A stretch of 60,697 nt of DNA, filler included. It is 6 parts of 6 records of this genome, joined end to end, with 100 filler letters (N's around TTAATTAATTAA, not from the genome) between each part and the next. Parts side by side here need not be neighbours in the genome. Positions count along the whole stretch, not along the records: positions 45,051 to 54,948 come from SRR31156797_25845; positions 55,049 to 60,697 come from SRR31156797_25866; 4 more parts are not named here. One strand, 5' to 3'. Below, piece by piece: positions 48,450-58,258 of this stretch. The first letter of the stretch is position 1, and the number at the start of each line of letters is the position of its first letter. The position numbers and the translations under genes are program-made. The notes beneath the pieces are model-generated. The model saw only the letters and a program-made list of their open reading frames with translations. It did not search any database and was not told the DNA's origin.

Positions 48450-49265
48450 ATGTCGGTTCATAACGAAATAAAAAAAGTAACCACGCACCGTTTGTCGGAA
48501 ATGAAATTGCGTGGAGAGAAAATATCGATGCTAACATCGTATGATTTTAGCATGGCACAGTTGGTTGATGAAGCAGGTGTTGATGCGATTTTAGTTGGCG
48601 ACTCGGCCTCAAATGTTATGGCCGGTAACGAAACAACATTGCCAATAACCTTAGACGAGATGATCTACCACGGAGCTTCTGTCGTACGCGCAGTTAAGCG
48701 TGCTCATGTTATTGTAGATCTTCCTTTCGGTACTTACCAGGGTAACTCGCGCGAGGCTTTAAACTCAGCCATTCGAATTATGAAAGAAACTGCGGCTGAC
48801 TCGGTAAAACTTGAAGGAGGTGAAGAGGTAATTGAATCGGTTAAAAGAATTCTTTCGGCAGGTATACCAGTAATGGGACACCTTGGTTTAATGCCACAAT
48901 CCATTCATAAATTTGGCACCTACTCGGTTCGGGCTAAAGAAGAAGTAGAGGCAGAAAAACTGATTAATGATGCCAAACTACTGGAAGAAGCCGGTTGTTT
49001 TGGATTAGTTTTAGAGAAAATCCCTGCGGCCTTGGGCAAACGTGTTGCCCAGGAATTAAAAATTCCGGTAATTGGAATTGGGGCAGGAAGCGGAGTTGAT
49101 GGACAGGTATTGGTTATCCATGATATGTTGGGAATTACCCAACAATTCTCGCCACGTTTTTTACGGCGTTACCACAACCTGGCCGCTGAAATTAAAGGGG
49201 CAGTTGGAAACTATATTAACGATGTAAAATCATTGGATTTCCCGAACGAGAAAGAACAATATTAG
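48450..49265 (+). CDS. panB: 3-methyl-2-oxobutanoate hydroxymethyltransferase
   Basis: [44 protein letters not shown]. Confidence 0.97.
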   Translation: MSVHNEIKKVTTHRLSEMKLRGEKISMLTSYDFSMAQLVDEAGVDAILVGDSASNVMAGNETTLPITLDEMIYHGASVVRAVKRAHVIVDLPFGTYQGNSREALNSAIRIMKETAADSVKLEGGEEVIESVKRILSAGIPVMGHLGLMPQSIHKFGTYSVRAKEEVEAEKLINDAKLLEEAGCFGLVLEKIPAALGKRVAQELKIPVIGIGAGSGVDGQVLVIHDMLGITQQFSPRFLRRYHNLAAEIKGAVGNYINDVKSLDFPNEKEQY

Positions 49266-49311
49266 ATTTAATAGTTTGAAATTATTTGTTTAAGGTGAAG
49301 TATTTGAAGAG

Positions 49312-50019
49312 GTGGAAGTAGTTTACGAAGACAACCATATTGTTGCAATTAATAAGGCTTGTGGAGAGGTTGTACAAGGGGATAAAACCGGTGATGAAAC
49401 AGTAATGGACAAAGTTAAACATTACCTGAAAGTTAAATACAACAAACCCGGAAATGTTTACCTTGGACTCCCACACCGACTCGACCGACCTACAAGTGGA
49501 TTATTAATCCTGGCCAAAACGAGTAAGGTATTACCTCGTTTAAATAAACTTTTTCAGACCAAAGATGGTGTAAAAAAAACCTATTGGGCTGTTATTGATG
49601 GTCGTCCACCCAAATTCTCGGATACACTGGAACATTACCTAAAAAAAGACGAGGAACGAAACCGTAGCTATGCTTATAAAGGGCCGGTTGAGGGGACAAA
49701 GTTTGCCAGTTTAACCTACAGACATGTGGCTAGTATCGATCGTTACCATTTACTTGAAGTTGAAATTCATACTGGCCGTCATCATCAAATCAGAGTGCAA
49801 TTGCGCCAGTTAAAATTGCACATTAAGGGCGATTTAAAATATGGAGCCAGACGTTCGAACAAAGACAAAGGTATTCATTTACATGCTCGAAAAGTGGAAC
49901 TCATACATCCCGTTCGAAAGGAACCACTGACAATTGTTGCAGATCCACCCAACGATCCGGTTTGGAACGAATTCATGAAAATTTTTAAGGCCGGTCGGTT
50001 TAGTCCTGTCGATGTTTAA
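49312..50019 (+). CDS. RluA-family pseudouridine synthase
   Basis: HRLDRPTSG, TGRHHQIR, GDLKYG, LHA. Confidence 0.94.
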   Translation: MEVVYEDNHIVAINKACGEVVQGDKTGDETVMDKVKHYLKVKYNKPGNVYLGLPHRLDRPTSGLLILAKTSKVLPRLNKLFQTKDGVKKTYWAVIDGRPPKFSDTLEHYLKKDEERNRSYAYKGPVEGTKFASLTYRHVASIDRYHLLEVEIHTGRHHQIRVQLRQLKLHIKGDLKYGARRSNKDKGIHLHARKVELIHPVRKEPLTIVADPPNDPVWNEFMKIFKAGRFSPVDV

Positions 50020-50081
50020 TACAGAACTTATAGCAATATACAGAAAGTATAAATATTGATTTTCAAACCTTAAAACCTGTA

Positions 50082-50564
50082 TTAATCCAGCGCTTCAGGT
50101 TTAAAAGCAAACGGAAGTAAATTATCAGCGCCTTCCAATACCTGTATGTGTTTTAGGCCGTCAAGTATGATTCTCATTTGAGTTTTAAACCGAGACTCGG
50201 TTTCTACCAAAACCTGACGACACGAGCCACATGGCTGGGCCGGTTGTTCTATCAATCCTTTTGAATTTCGGGCAGTAACCGCAATGGCCTTCACCGGTAC
50301 TTCCGGATAGGTAGAATTGGCATAAAACATTGCAACACGTTCGGCGCATAAGCCGTCAGTAAAATCAGCATTTTCCTGGTTGCTCCCAGTAATTACCTCT
50401 CCATTTTCCAAAAGTAAAGCAGCCCCAACATGAAACTTCGAATATGGCGCATAAGCATTGTTACAAGCTTCGCGAGCAGCTAATAACAATTTCTGATCCG
50501 TTTCTGGTAATTCAACAACGGCATCGTATTCACAAACCATTATTCTTAATTCCTTTCTTCGCAT
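50082..50564 (-). CDS. cdd: Cytidine deaminase
   Basis: AYAPYSKFHVGAA, NQEN, CAER, PCGSCRQ. Confidence 0.94.
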   Translation of the reverse strand: MRRKELRIMVCEYDAVVELPETDQKLLLAAREACNNAYAPYSKFHVGAALLLENGEVITGSNQENADFTDGLCAERVAMFYANSTYPEVPVKAIAVTARNSKGLIEQPAQPCGSCRQVLVETESRFKTQMRIILDGLKHIQVLEGADNLLPFAFKPEALD

Positions 50565-50739
50565 AACAGGCATTTTGCTCAAATGTACAATTTTAAATGA
50601 AAATAAAATTTCTTAATCCTAAAAATCAAATAATCCTGTATTACTCACGTTAAGTTGTTTATAACAAACAAACAATTAATTCCATTCTGAATGATGTAGC
50701 ATTTATTTTTGTCGGTATCAGAAATTGGGTTTAAAAAAT

Positions 50740-51681
50740 ATGAAATATATAACCATAACTATAATTCTAATTGCCCTTGGACTAGCTTCAAACGCACAAA
50801 AAAGAATAAGCAGAGAAGAATACATTCGCAAGTGGCAACTGGTTGCAATTGAAGAAATGAACCGTAGCGGAATTCCTGCCAGTATTACAATGGCGCAAGG
50901 GTGCCTGGAATCCGGAAATGGGAATTCTGAACTTTCTCGAAAATCGAATAATCATTTTGGGATTAAATGTAAAAGAAGCTGGAAAGGGAAAAAAGTTTAT
51001 TATGACGACGACCGCAAAAACGAATGTTTCCGGAGTTATCGCTCTGTAAAGGATTCGTACATCGACCATTCTAACTTTTTATTGGAAAACCCACGTTATG
51101 CTTTTTTATTCGATCTAAAATCAACGGATTATAAAGGTTGGGCTAAGGGATTAAAAAAGGCAGGATATGCAACTGCTCATGACTACCACAAACGTCTGAT
51201 TCGAATTATCGAGGAAAACAAATTATATCGCCTTGATAAGAAGATGACGTTTAAGAAGATAAATAAACACTCGCATAAAGATGTGCTGGATACAAGTACC
51301 TCAGGAGAGCTTGCCATAAAACCATTTAACATGCACAAGGTTTCTAAAATAAACCGGGTAAAAGCGGTGGTAGCGCGTAAAGGCGATACCTACGAGATGA
51401 TTGCGCAGGAAATGGGCATAAAAGAGTGGGTGCTTTACAAAAATAATGATCAGGCTCCGGGATATCGGCCACAGGCCAACGAGGTAATCTATATTCATGC
51501 CAAAAAGAATAAAACGCCAAAAAGTAAATCTTATCACCGGGTGCAGTCGGGCGAAACGATGCATTACATTTCTCAACTGTACGGTATTAAGTTAAAACCT
51601 TTATACAAACGAAATAAAATGAAAAGAGGAGAACAACCACAACCCGGACAAGTAATTTATCTACATAAAAAAAAGAAGTAG
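50740..51681 (+). CDS. GH73 glucosaminidase with C-terminal LysM domains
   Basis: GIPASITMAQGCLES, NNHFGIKC, AGYAT; GDTYEMIA and GETMHYISQLYG LysM repeats. Confidence 0.9.
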   Translation: MKYITITIILIALGLASNAQKRISREEYIRKWQLVAIEEMNRSGIPASITMAQGCLESGNGNSELSRKSNNHFGIKCKRSWKGKKVYYDDDRKNECFRSYRSVKDSYIDHSNFLLENPRYAFLFDLKSTDYKGWAKGLKKAGYATAHDYHKRLIRIIEENKLYRLDKKMTFKKINKHSHKDVLDTSTSGELAIKPFNMHKVSKINRVKAVVARKGDTYEMIAQEMGIKEWVLYKNNDQAPGYRPQANEVIYIHAKKNKTPKSKSYHRVQSGETMHYISQLYGIKLKPLYKRNKMKRGEQPQPGQVIYLHKKKK

Positions 51682-51775
51682 GAGCATTCTATTGGAATAG
51701 TGCTTAAGGTTTTCTGGGATTAGTGATTATTGGAGTTCGGTAAACAGCCGAGATTACTTCGCTGGTTAAATCCTA

Positions 51776-52921
51776 CTAAAACTTTAAATAAAGCGAAAAA
51801 TTCAAAGCTCCATCAATGTTTAACTCATTCATTACGTCTTCATCCATTTTATTGAAATTAAAGCTTTTTCCAACACCTAAACAAATTGATTCACTGATTT
51901 TAGGGAACCCCACTAAAACCTGATAAAAATGAGAGAACTGCAACTCGTTATTTATTCCTAATTCATGGTGTTCTGCCACCTGAACTTTACTATCATCTAT
52001 TGTTGACACATGAATCTCTGTTGGGTTACTCATCATTTTTGAAGCTTCAACACCTACTTTTAATGAAACACTCATTCCGGCACCATCTGCAACATCGTAT
52101 TGTAGGGCCGCATTAATTGCTGGCACAAAAACATTCTTTACAAATCGAACATTCTTTTGCGAACCTAAGTCACTAAAGGTAGTTTTTTCATCAAAATGGT
52201 ACAATCCAAGCTTTGCCCCTAAAGCAAATGATAAGTTCTTTGAACATTTGGGGAAATAAAAGTTTCTTCCAATTCCAATATTGGCAGCATTAGCTACCGC
52301 TTCAATTTTGTCCAAATCTGCCAAATTTATGAGCCCTTTAACTTTTGAACCTGTTAATTCGAGATAAGAATGTGTTTTGTTTTTGTGATAACTTTTATAT
52401 ACCTCAAATGTTTCACCATTTTGTTGGTGCATTTGCTTTAAAGGTTTAACCAAAACATTGGCATCGTAAGTTAATGTACTGTAGTTGTAATTTATCTCCT
52501 TCGCAAAAAGGTTAGCCAGCTGTTCCTGAAACCGGGGCTGACCATTCTTATCACAGATGGGAATCAGGGCTGTAGAGGTTTTTTCATGAACAATAAAATA
52601 TGTCTCGTTGTATTCTACCAATTTATATTTCCCATCAAAATAACACTTTGCCCAAGCGCGCACTTCTGAATCGGGCAAATATATTGACAGGTATTTCCAT
52701 TTACCAGGGACATAAGCGGCTTCCGCATCATAAGCACTTATCTCTTTGGTGGCAGTTTGGCGCGAACTCCCATAAAATAATCGGGGTTTGAGATCAGCAT
52801 CTTTTTGGCCTATAAAAACCTCATTTGTGTCGTTTTTAACGATTAAAAATCCCGACGACTGAGCTAATAAAACATTTGATATTGCAATTAGTAGGAGGCC
52901 TAATAATAGTAGCGTTTTCAT
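51776..52921 (-). CDS. Hypothetical exported protein, probable C-terminal beta-barrel
   Basis: Signal peptide; ends LNFSLYLKF. Confidence 0.65.
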   Translation of the reverse strand: MKTLLLLGLLLIAISNVLLAQSSGFLIVKNDTNEVFIGQKDADLKPRLFYGSSRQTATKEISAYDAEAAYVPGKWKYLSIYLPDSEVRAWAKCYFDGKYKLVEYNETYFIVHEKTSTALIPICDKNGQPRFQEQLANLFAKEINYNYSTLTYDANVLVKPLKQMHQQNGETFEVYKSYHKNKTHSYLELTGSKVKGLINLADLDKIEAVANAANIGIGRNFYFPKCSKNLSFALGAKLGLYHFDEKTTFSDLGSQKNVRFVKNVFVPAINAALQYDVADGAGMSVSLKVGVEASKMMSNPTEIHVSTIDDSKVQVAEHHELGINNELQFSHFYQVLVGFPKISESICLGVGKSFNFNKMDEDVMNELNIDGALNFSLYLKF

Positions 52922-53101
52922 ATATTATTGAATGAATGGTTGTAATTAGGTGCAAATTTACTATAAATTTGGTATTGATGCGGATCTAAAGATTAAAAAC
53001 AGAATAAAGATAAAGTTCGTAATTGTGCAATTACAATTAACCAAACCTACTAATCATTCAAGAAAAAAACACGATTAAACTATATAATGTAAATAGCTGG
53101 C

Positions 53102-53461
53102 CTAATTGCTGCTTGTTTTGTGCATGAAATACCTCAGTAATACCCTATCGGCAAATAAAACAAAAACCAACAACAAATTAATTCCGGCAACCAAGCCAAT
53201 ATTCGAAAGAATAAAATTTTGCCATTCACTCCAATCTGCTTCATAACAAATAAATGTCATGGCAGCAGTAAGCAGCCCTATACCAATAATCGCCGCCAGG
53301 TAGATCGTAAATTCCTTGAGATACTGTTTCCATGCGAATCGCCGTTCCACCTGCTCTGTTAATTTATCAGCAAAATTATCGGGCAAAGAAAAATCAGGTT
53401 CCGTGGCTAAAACCTCGTTTAACAATTCGTCTGCATCAAAAAATCGATCATTTTTATACAT
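53102..53461 (-). CDS. Small two-TM protein, candidate anti-sigma factor
   Basis: Overlaps the ECF sigma stop; PDFSLPDNFADKL followed by two TM helices. Confidence 0.65.
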   Translation of the reverse strand: MYKNDRFFDADELLNEVLATEPDFSLPDNFADKLTEQVERRFAWKQYLKEFTIYLAAIIGIGLLTAAMTFICYEADWSEWQNFILSNIGLVAGINLLLVFVLFADRVLLRYFMHKTSSN

Positions 53462-54035
53462 AATCTGCAAAAATATTAGTTTGTTCCAAACGGGCAACTT
53501 TTTCAATTTTGCCCTTTAACAACTTACGTGCCCGGTTTAGATAACTTTTTATCGTTCCTTCAGGCATACCCGTAATTTCTTCTATTTCTTTATACGAAAA
53601 CTCTTCAAGGTGAAACAAAGTTATCACTGTTCGATAATTAACCGGCAACGATTCGATAAGTTGTAACAGGTGTAGTCTTACTTCTTCCCGTTCTACCATT
53701 TTTTGATTTAACCCTTTATCTTTTTCTCCGGCAATTAATGCAGGCTGTTCACTATACGACACTTCTCCTCTTCGTTTCTGTTTCCTCACACAAGTTATGG
53801 CCGTATTATAAGCAATGGTTGCAATCCACGTAGAAAGTCTTGCGTCACCTCTAAATCGTTTAAGTTGTTTGTAAACTTTTAAAAAAACTTCCTGGCAAAT
53901 ATCTTCCACCTCATCGGATTGCTGAACAATACGCCCTACAACATGCATCACAAGTCGTTGATGCTTACTCACCAAAAACCGGAATGCATGACTGTTTCCA
54001 TTTAAAATTTGCTGAACCAGTTGCGTATCATTCAT
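53454..54035 (-). CDS. ECF RNA polymerase sigma factor
   Basis: EDICQEVFLK, LSTWIATIAYN, FSYKEIEEITGMPEGTIKSYLNRAR. Confidence 0.95.
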   Translation of the reverse strand: MNDTQLVQQILNGNSHAFRFLVSKHQRLVMHVVGRIVQQSDEVEDICQEVFLKVYKQLKRFRGDARLSTWIATIAYNTAITCVRKQKRRGEVSYSEQPALIAGEKDKGLNQKMVEREEVRLHLLQLIESLPVNYRTVITLFHLEEFSYKEIEEITGMPEGTIKSYLNRARKLLKGKIEKVARLEQTNIFADYV

Positions 54036-54045
54036 AACTACACCA

Positions 54046-54075
54046 TCTGACTCGTGAAGGTAAAGAAATGTTACA
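54046..54075 (-). promoter_or_regulatory. Candidate autoregulatory ECF promoter
   Basis: Minus strand TGTAAC-N16-GAGTCAGA just upstream of the sigma start. Confidence 0.55.
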
Positions 54076-54273
54076 ACTATTTTTAAAAAGTTCGAAGTTA
54101 GATATCCAGAACTGAATGAATTTAAATGACATGATCTTTTTCAAAGTTAAATTCCATTCTCTCTATTCATTTTGAATCCAAAGCCTCGTTATAACACCCA
54201 GCATTTTATATATTTGCGCAGATTTTTTATAAACGATTGATTTGATCACGATCATTAATTAATATTTAAGCAA

Positions 54274-54948
54274 ATGAACTTTGTAGAAGAGCTGAAATGG
54301 AGAGGCATGTTGCATGATATTATGCCCGGAACTGAGGAACAACTTCAAAAAGAGCTAACCGCAGCTTATGTGGGTATTGATCCAACGGCCGATTCACTAC
54401 ACATCGGACACCTTGTTAGTGTAATGATGTTAAAGCACTTACAAACAGCAGGTCATCAACCTATTGCTTTGGTTGGTGGTGCAACAGGTATGATTGGCGA
54501 TCCTTCCGGAAAGTCGCAGGAGCGTAACTTACTGGATGAAAAAACACTACGCCATAACCAGGAATGCTTAAAAAAGCAATTGGCAAAATTTCTCGATTTT
54601 GAAAGTGATGTTGATAACGTTGCGCTATTGGTAAATAACTACGACTGGATGAAAGAATTTTCATTCCTTGACTTTATTCGCGACGTGGGTAAACGCATTA
54701 CTGTTAACTATATGATGGCTAAAGATTCGGTAAAAAAACGTTTGGCCGAAGAATCTAAATCAGGTATGTCATTTACAGAGTTCACGTACCAACTCGTTCA
54801 GGGGTATGATTTCTACCACCTGTACAAAAATAACAACTGCCGTTTACAAATGGGAGGCTCCGACCAATGGGGTAATATTACCACAGGGACGGAACTTATT
54901 CGCCGAATGGATGGTGGAGAAGCATTTGCTATGACCTGCCCGTTAATT
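54274..54948 (+). CDS. tyrS: Tyrosine-tRNA ligase, 3'-truncated
   Basis: [34 protein letters not shown] -7 element at 54209-54216. Confidence 0.97.
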
Positions 54949-55048
54949 NNNNNNNNNNNNNNNNNNNNNNNNNNNNNNNNNNNNNNNNNNNNTTAATTAA
55001 TTAANNNNNNNNNNNNNNNNNNNNNNNNNNNNNNNNNNNNNNNNNNNN
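54949..55048. other. Artificial contig spacer
   Basis: Ns around TTAATTAATTAA. Confidence 0.98.
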
Positions 55049-55096
55049 TGCCGTCACCGCAGGGTATATCCTGTTTTGGGTGCGGGGGGAGCTCTT

Positions 55097-55534
55097 TTGA
55101 GAAAATGGATCTCCCTTTTTACCGATCAAAGAGGGATTGCCGCACTGGAATTTGCCCTGGTGGCGCCCATACTGATGCTGATCGTCTTCGCCACGATTGA
55201 ATACGGCTGGTACATGACGCAGGTGACCGTCATGAGCAATGCGGTCGCTGAAAGTGCCCGGGCCGCAGTCAGGGCACGCGAATGGGAAACGGACGGCCAC
55301 GATGCCGAAGACCCGATTCGGTTTGCCCACGAGGCGCTGGTTGAAGCGTTGTGGACGATAGGGGATTTCAATGCCGGATGGATCGATGCACGCATTCTGC
55401 CGGCCGATGAAACGGCCCCTCGCCGGATATCGGTATCGGTCGTCGATGTTCCCTACCATCCCATCACCGGTTACCTGGGGAAAAAAATGCTGCCCGAGAC
55501 CCTTGCCGCCAAAGCGGTCCTGGCTTTCCCATAG
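55097..55534 (+). CDS. tadE: TadE-family pseudopilin
   Basis: DQRG-IAALEFALVAP processing motif, IEYG, ESARAA. Confidence 0.88.
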   Translation: MRKWISLFTDQRGIAALEFALVAPILMLIVFATIEYGWYMTQVTVMSNAVAESARAAVRAREWETDGHDAEDPIRFAHEALVEALWTIGDFNAGWIDARILPADETAPRRISVSVVDVPYHPITGYLGKKMLPETLAAKAVLAFP

Positions 55535-55641
55535 GCAAAGTGCCTGTCGGGTTTTCGTGTTACCGGCCGGTTGGGCGTTGACGAAAGAACTCTTTTCGCC
55601 TCAACCTACGGACGACACACCAATCTTTGTAGAGGTGGGTT

Positions 55642-56706
55642 TTGAAAAAAATAAGAGGAACGGTCGCCCTGATCGTATCCCTGGCCCTGGCAGGGTTGGC
55701 CGCATACGGGGTGTACGGGTATTTGAACAAGCCGAAAAAGGAACCGGAACCAGCGCCTCCGCCGGCGGTTGAGGAAAAGGAACAATCCCCACCTCCCGAA
55801 AAAACGCTGAGTGAGCAGATCGAGCCGGGCATGCGCGCCGTCACCATTGCCGTGGACAACGTCACCGGCGGTTCCCGCAAACTGGTTGCCGGAGACCGGG
55901 TGGATGTGCTTGCCGTCGTCTCGACTCCCGATCTTCCCGAAGGGCGTGTATCCCACCCGCTCCTTACCAATGCCCGGGTCATGGCTGTGAACATCGATGG
56001 ATCAACCGGAGGACGCAAAGCCAGGGAATGGACCGTCACCCTGGCGGTCACCGCTTCCGATGCAGCCGCCGTTGCCAGCGCGGATCCGGCCGCCACGCTT
56101 CAACTCCTTATCCGCAACCCGGAAGATAATGGTGAAGCAAGCCCGTTTACCACCGCTTTTTCTCCGGCAGGCGGCGCGGGATTGTTCTCCCCCCCAAGAC
56201 GGGATCTTTCCGCCTTGATCCCCCCGGGGATGCGGGCCATCACATTGAATGTCTCACCCACGGACGGTGTCGGCGGAGTGTTCCGGCCGGGGGACCGGAT
56301 TGACGTTGTGGCCACCTGCCCCTATGGCAATGCATCATTGACCACCCCGGACCAGCCGGGTGGGAAAAGCATCATTACGGGAACCCACCGCAATTCGAAA
56401 ATCCTCTTGCAGGATATTCCGGTCATCGCCACCGACCGCAGCCTGTCATGGGGCACGGACACCGATCGATCCGTCAGCCGGGTGACCCTTGCCGTAACAC
56501 CGGAAGATGCCGAAAAATTGACCGTCCTGGCGGATTCCAAAAAGGGAAGAAGCGTCATGCGCTTGATCTGCCGGAACACCGGTGACCATCAAACAGCGGA
56601 TACACGCGGGGCGGAGCTGTTGGATCTGATAACCGATCGCAGACCCTACATGCGCGTTGATCTTATCCATGGCAGTACGCGTACGGACCAGATGTTCTAT
56701 CGTTAG
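55642..56706 (+). CDS. cpaB: Flp pilus assembly protein CpaB/RcpC with two tandem RcpC domains
   Basis: N-terminal TM, Pro/Glu linker, two copies of PGMRA.T...GDR.DV...VTLAVT...RN. Confidence 0.85.
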   Translation: MKKIRGTVALIVSLALAGLAAYGVYGYLNKPKKEPEPAPPPAVEEKEQSPPPEKTLSEQIEPGMRAVTIAVDNVTGGSRKLVAGDRVDVLAVVSTPDLPEGRVSHPLLTNARVMAVNIDGSTGGRKAREWTVTLAVTASDAAAVASADPAATLQLLIRNPEDNGEASPFTTAFSPAGGAGLFSPPRRDLSALIPPGMRAITLNVSPTDGVGGVFRPGDRIDVVATCPYGNASLTTPDQPGGKSIITGTHRNSKILLQDIPVIATDRSLSWGTDTDRSVSRVTLAVTPEDAEKLTVLADSKKGRSVMRLICRNTGDHQTADTRGAELLDLITDRRPYMRVDLIHGSTRTDQMFYR

Positions 56707-56728
56707 GATTGCGAGGAGAGAGAACCGG

Positions 56729-58258
56729 ATGCACGATTACCACCGAGTTTGCCGCACATTACCGCTGTTGATGCTTTTGCCCTTCCTGTTGATTTCATCG
56801 CAGGCCATCGCCATGGACGCCTGTCCCGCAGGAGATCCCGCCCGTTGCCGCATAGACATCGAATTGAACAAATCCCTGGTCAAACGGACGGAGCGGTCCA
56901 TTACCCGCATCTCCATCGCCAACCCGGAAATCGCCGATTACCACCTGGTGTCTCCGAACCAGATTCTGTTGATCGCCAAGCAAAAACTCGGCAGCACCAA
57001 CCTGATCGTCTGGTACGACGAAGAGACCTTCGAGGTGTTTGACGTTCGTGTGTTCATTCCCGGAAATCTGATTGAGACCCTCCAGGCCTCCCTGACCGCT
57101 ATCGTTCCCCAAGCCGACGTTCACATGCGCCTAGCAAGCAACGGGCTCCTGCTTTATGGGGAGGTGGACGGCCAGGAGACCCTGAATACCGCATTGAAGG
57201 TCGTCTCCAACTATGTGACGGACTACACCAACCTGATCTCCGTACGCGGTTGCCAGCAGGTGCAATTGTCGGTTCGGATCGCCGAGGTTTCCCGCAGCGG
57301 CATCAAGCAGATGGGCCTCGGATTTCTCACCAACAAGGATTGGACCGTCGGCGTTTTCCCCACCGGCGGAATGACCGGCGCTTCATATGCCAGCAGGGTC
57401 CAATCCGGAGGGCAGGTCCCCGTAACAACGACCACCGCCATTACCGACCCGACGACTGGAACCGTCACCACGACAACGACCACCGATGTCGCTGACCAGA
57501 CATCCGATGTCCTCAGTCAAGGTCTCGCCTCGGCCTCGGTCCTCAGTTCTCCCTTTGCCTCTGCCTTTCAACTGGCCGTACACTCCCTCAATGACGATTT
57601 TCTGGCCATATTGGATGTGCTCAAGGGGCAGAACCTGGCCCGCATCCTGGCCAGCCCCACCCTGGTCACCATGAGCGGCCAGGAAGCGCAATTTCTGGTG
57701 GGCGGGGAATTTCCCATTCCCGTCCAGAGCCAGGACAACCAGATCACCGTCCAGTTCAAAACCTTCGGCATCATGCTGCGGTTCACCCCCATGGTGGTGG
57801 CGCCGGAAACCATTACCATCCAGGTGGCGCCGGAAATCAGCAACGTCGATTACAGCCTGGCCGTGGCCACCGGCGGTGTTGCCGTTCCCGGTGTCCGCAC
57901 CCGCAGGGGATCCACAACGCTGCAGCTCAAGGACGGGCAGACCTTCGTCATGGCCGGCCTGCTGCAGGAGGACTTGGCCACCGTCGTCAACAAGGTGCCT
58001 TTTTTGGGAGACATCCCCTACCTGGGGACGCTGTTCACCAGTAAGGAGTTCCGCAAGAACGAATCGGAAATGATGATCATCGTCACCCCCCGCCTTGTCC
58101 GGGCGCTCAATCCGAATGAAGTTCCGCCCCTGCCCGGTGAGGGTCAGATGGACCTGGTCAGCGATACGGATTTCTTCCTGAAGAACAAAACCGATTCGTC
58201 ACCCGATCAGACAAATAATAAGCCGGAAACCATTGGAGGAAGCGGATTTGCAAAATAA
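56729..58258 (+). CDS. cpaC: Tad secretin CpaC/RcpA
   Basis: IANPEIAD, GSTNLIVW, QQVQLSVRIAEVSR, FLVGGEFPIP, VPFLGDIPYLGTLF, IIVTPRLV. Confidence 0.92.
   Translation: MHDYHRVCRTLPLLMLLPFLLISSQAIAMDACPAGDPARCRIDIELNKSLVKRTERSITRISIANPEIADYHLVSPNQILLIAKQKLGSTNLIVWYDEETFEVFDVRVFIPGNLIETLQASLTAIVPQADVHMRLASNGLLLYGEVDGQETLNTALKVVSNYVTDYTNLISVRGCQQVQLSVRIAEVSRSGIKQMGLGFLTNKDWTVGVFPTGGMTGASYASRVQSGGQVPVTTTTAITDPTTGTVTTTTTTDVADQTSDVLSQGLASASVLSSPFASAFQLAVHSLNDDFLAILDVLKGQNLARILASPTLVTMSGQEAQFLVGGEFPIPVQSQDNQITVQFKTFGIMLRFTPMVVAPETITIQVAPEISNVDYSLAVATGGVAVPGVRTRRGSTTLQLKDGQTFVMAGLLQEDLATVVNKVPFLGDIPYLGTLFTSKEFRKNESEMMIIVTPRLVRALNPNEVPPLPGEGQMDLVSDTDFFLKNKTDSSPDQTNNKPETIGGSGFAK

Noticed and set aside
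7261-55048. Five recurring TTAATTAATTAA motifs in N runs
   Set aside because: Identical 100-nt artificial linkers; not biological. ORF-track entries that run into X are truncation artefacts.
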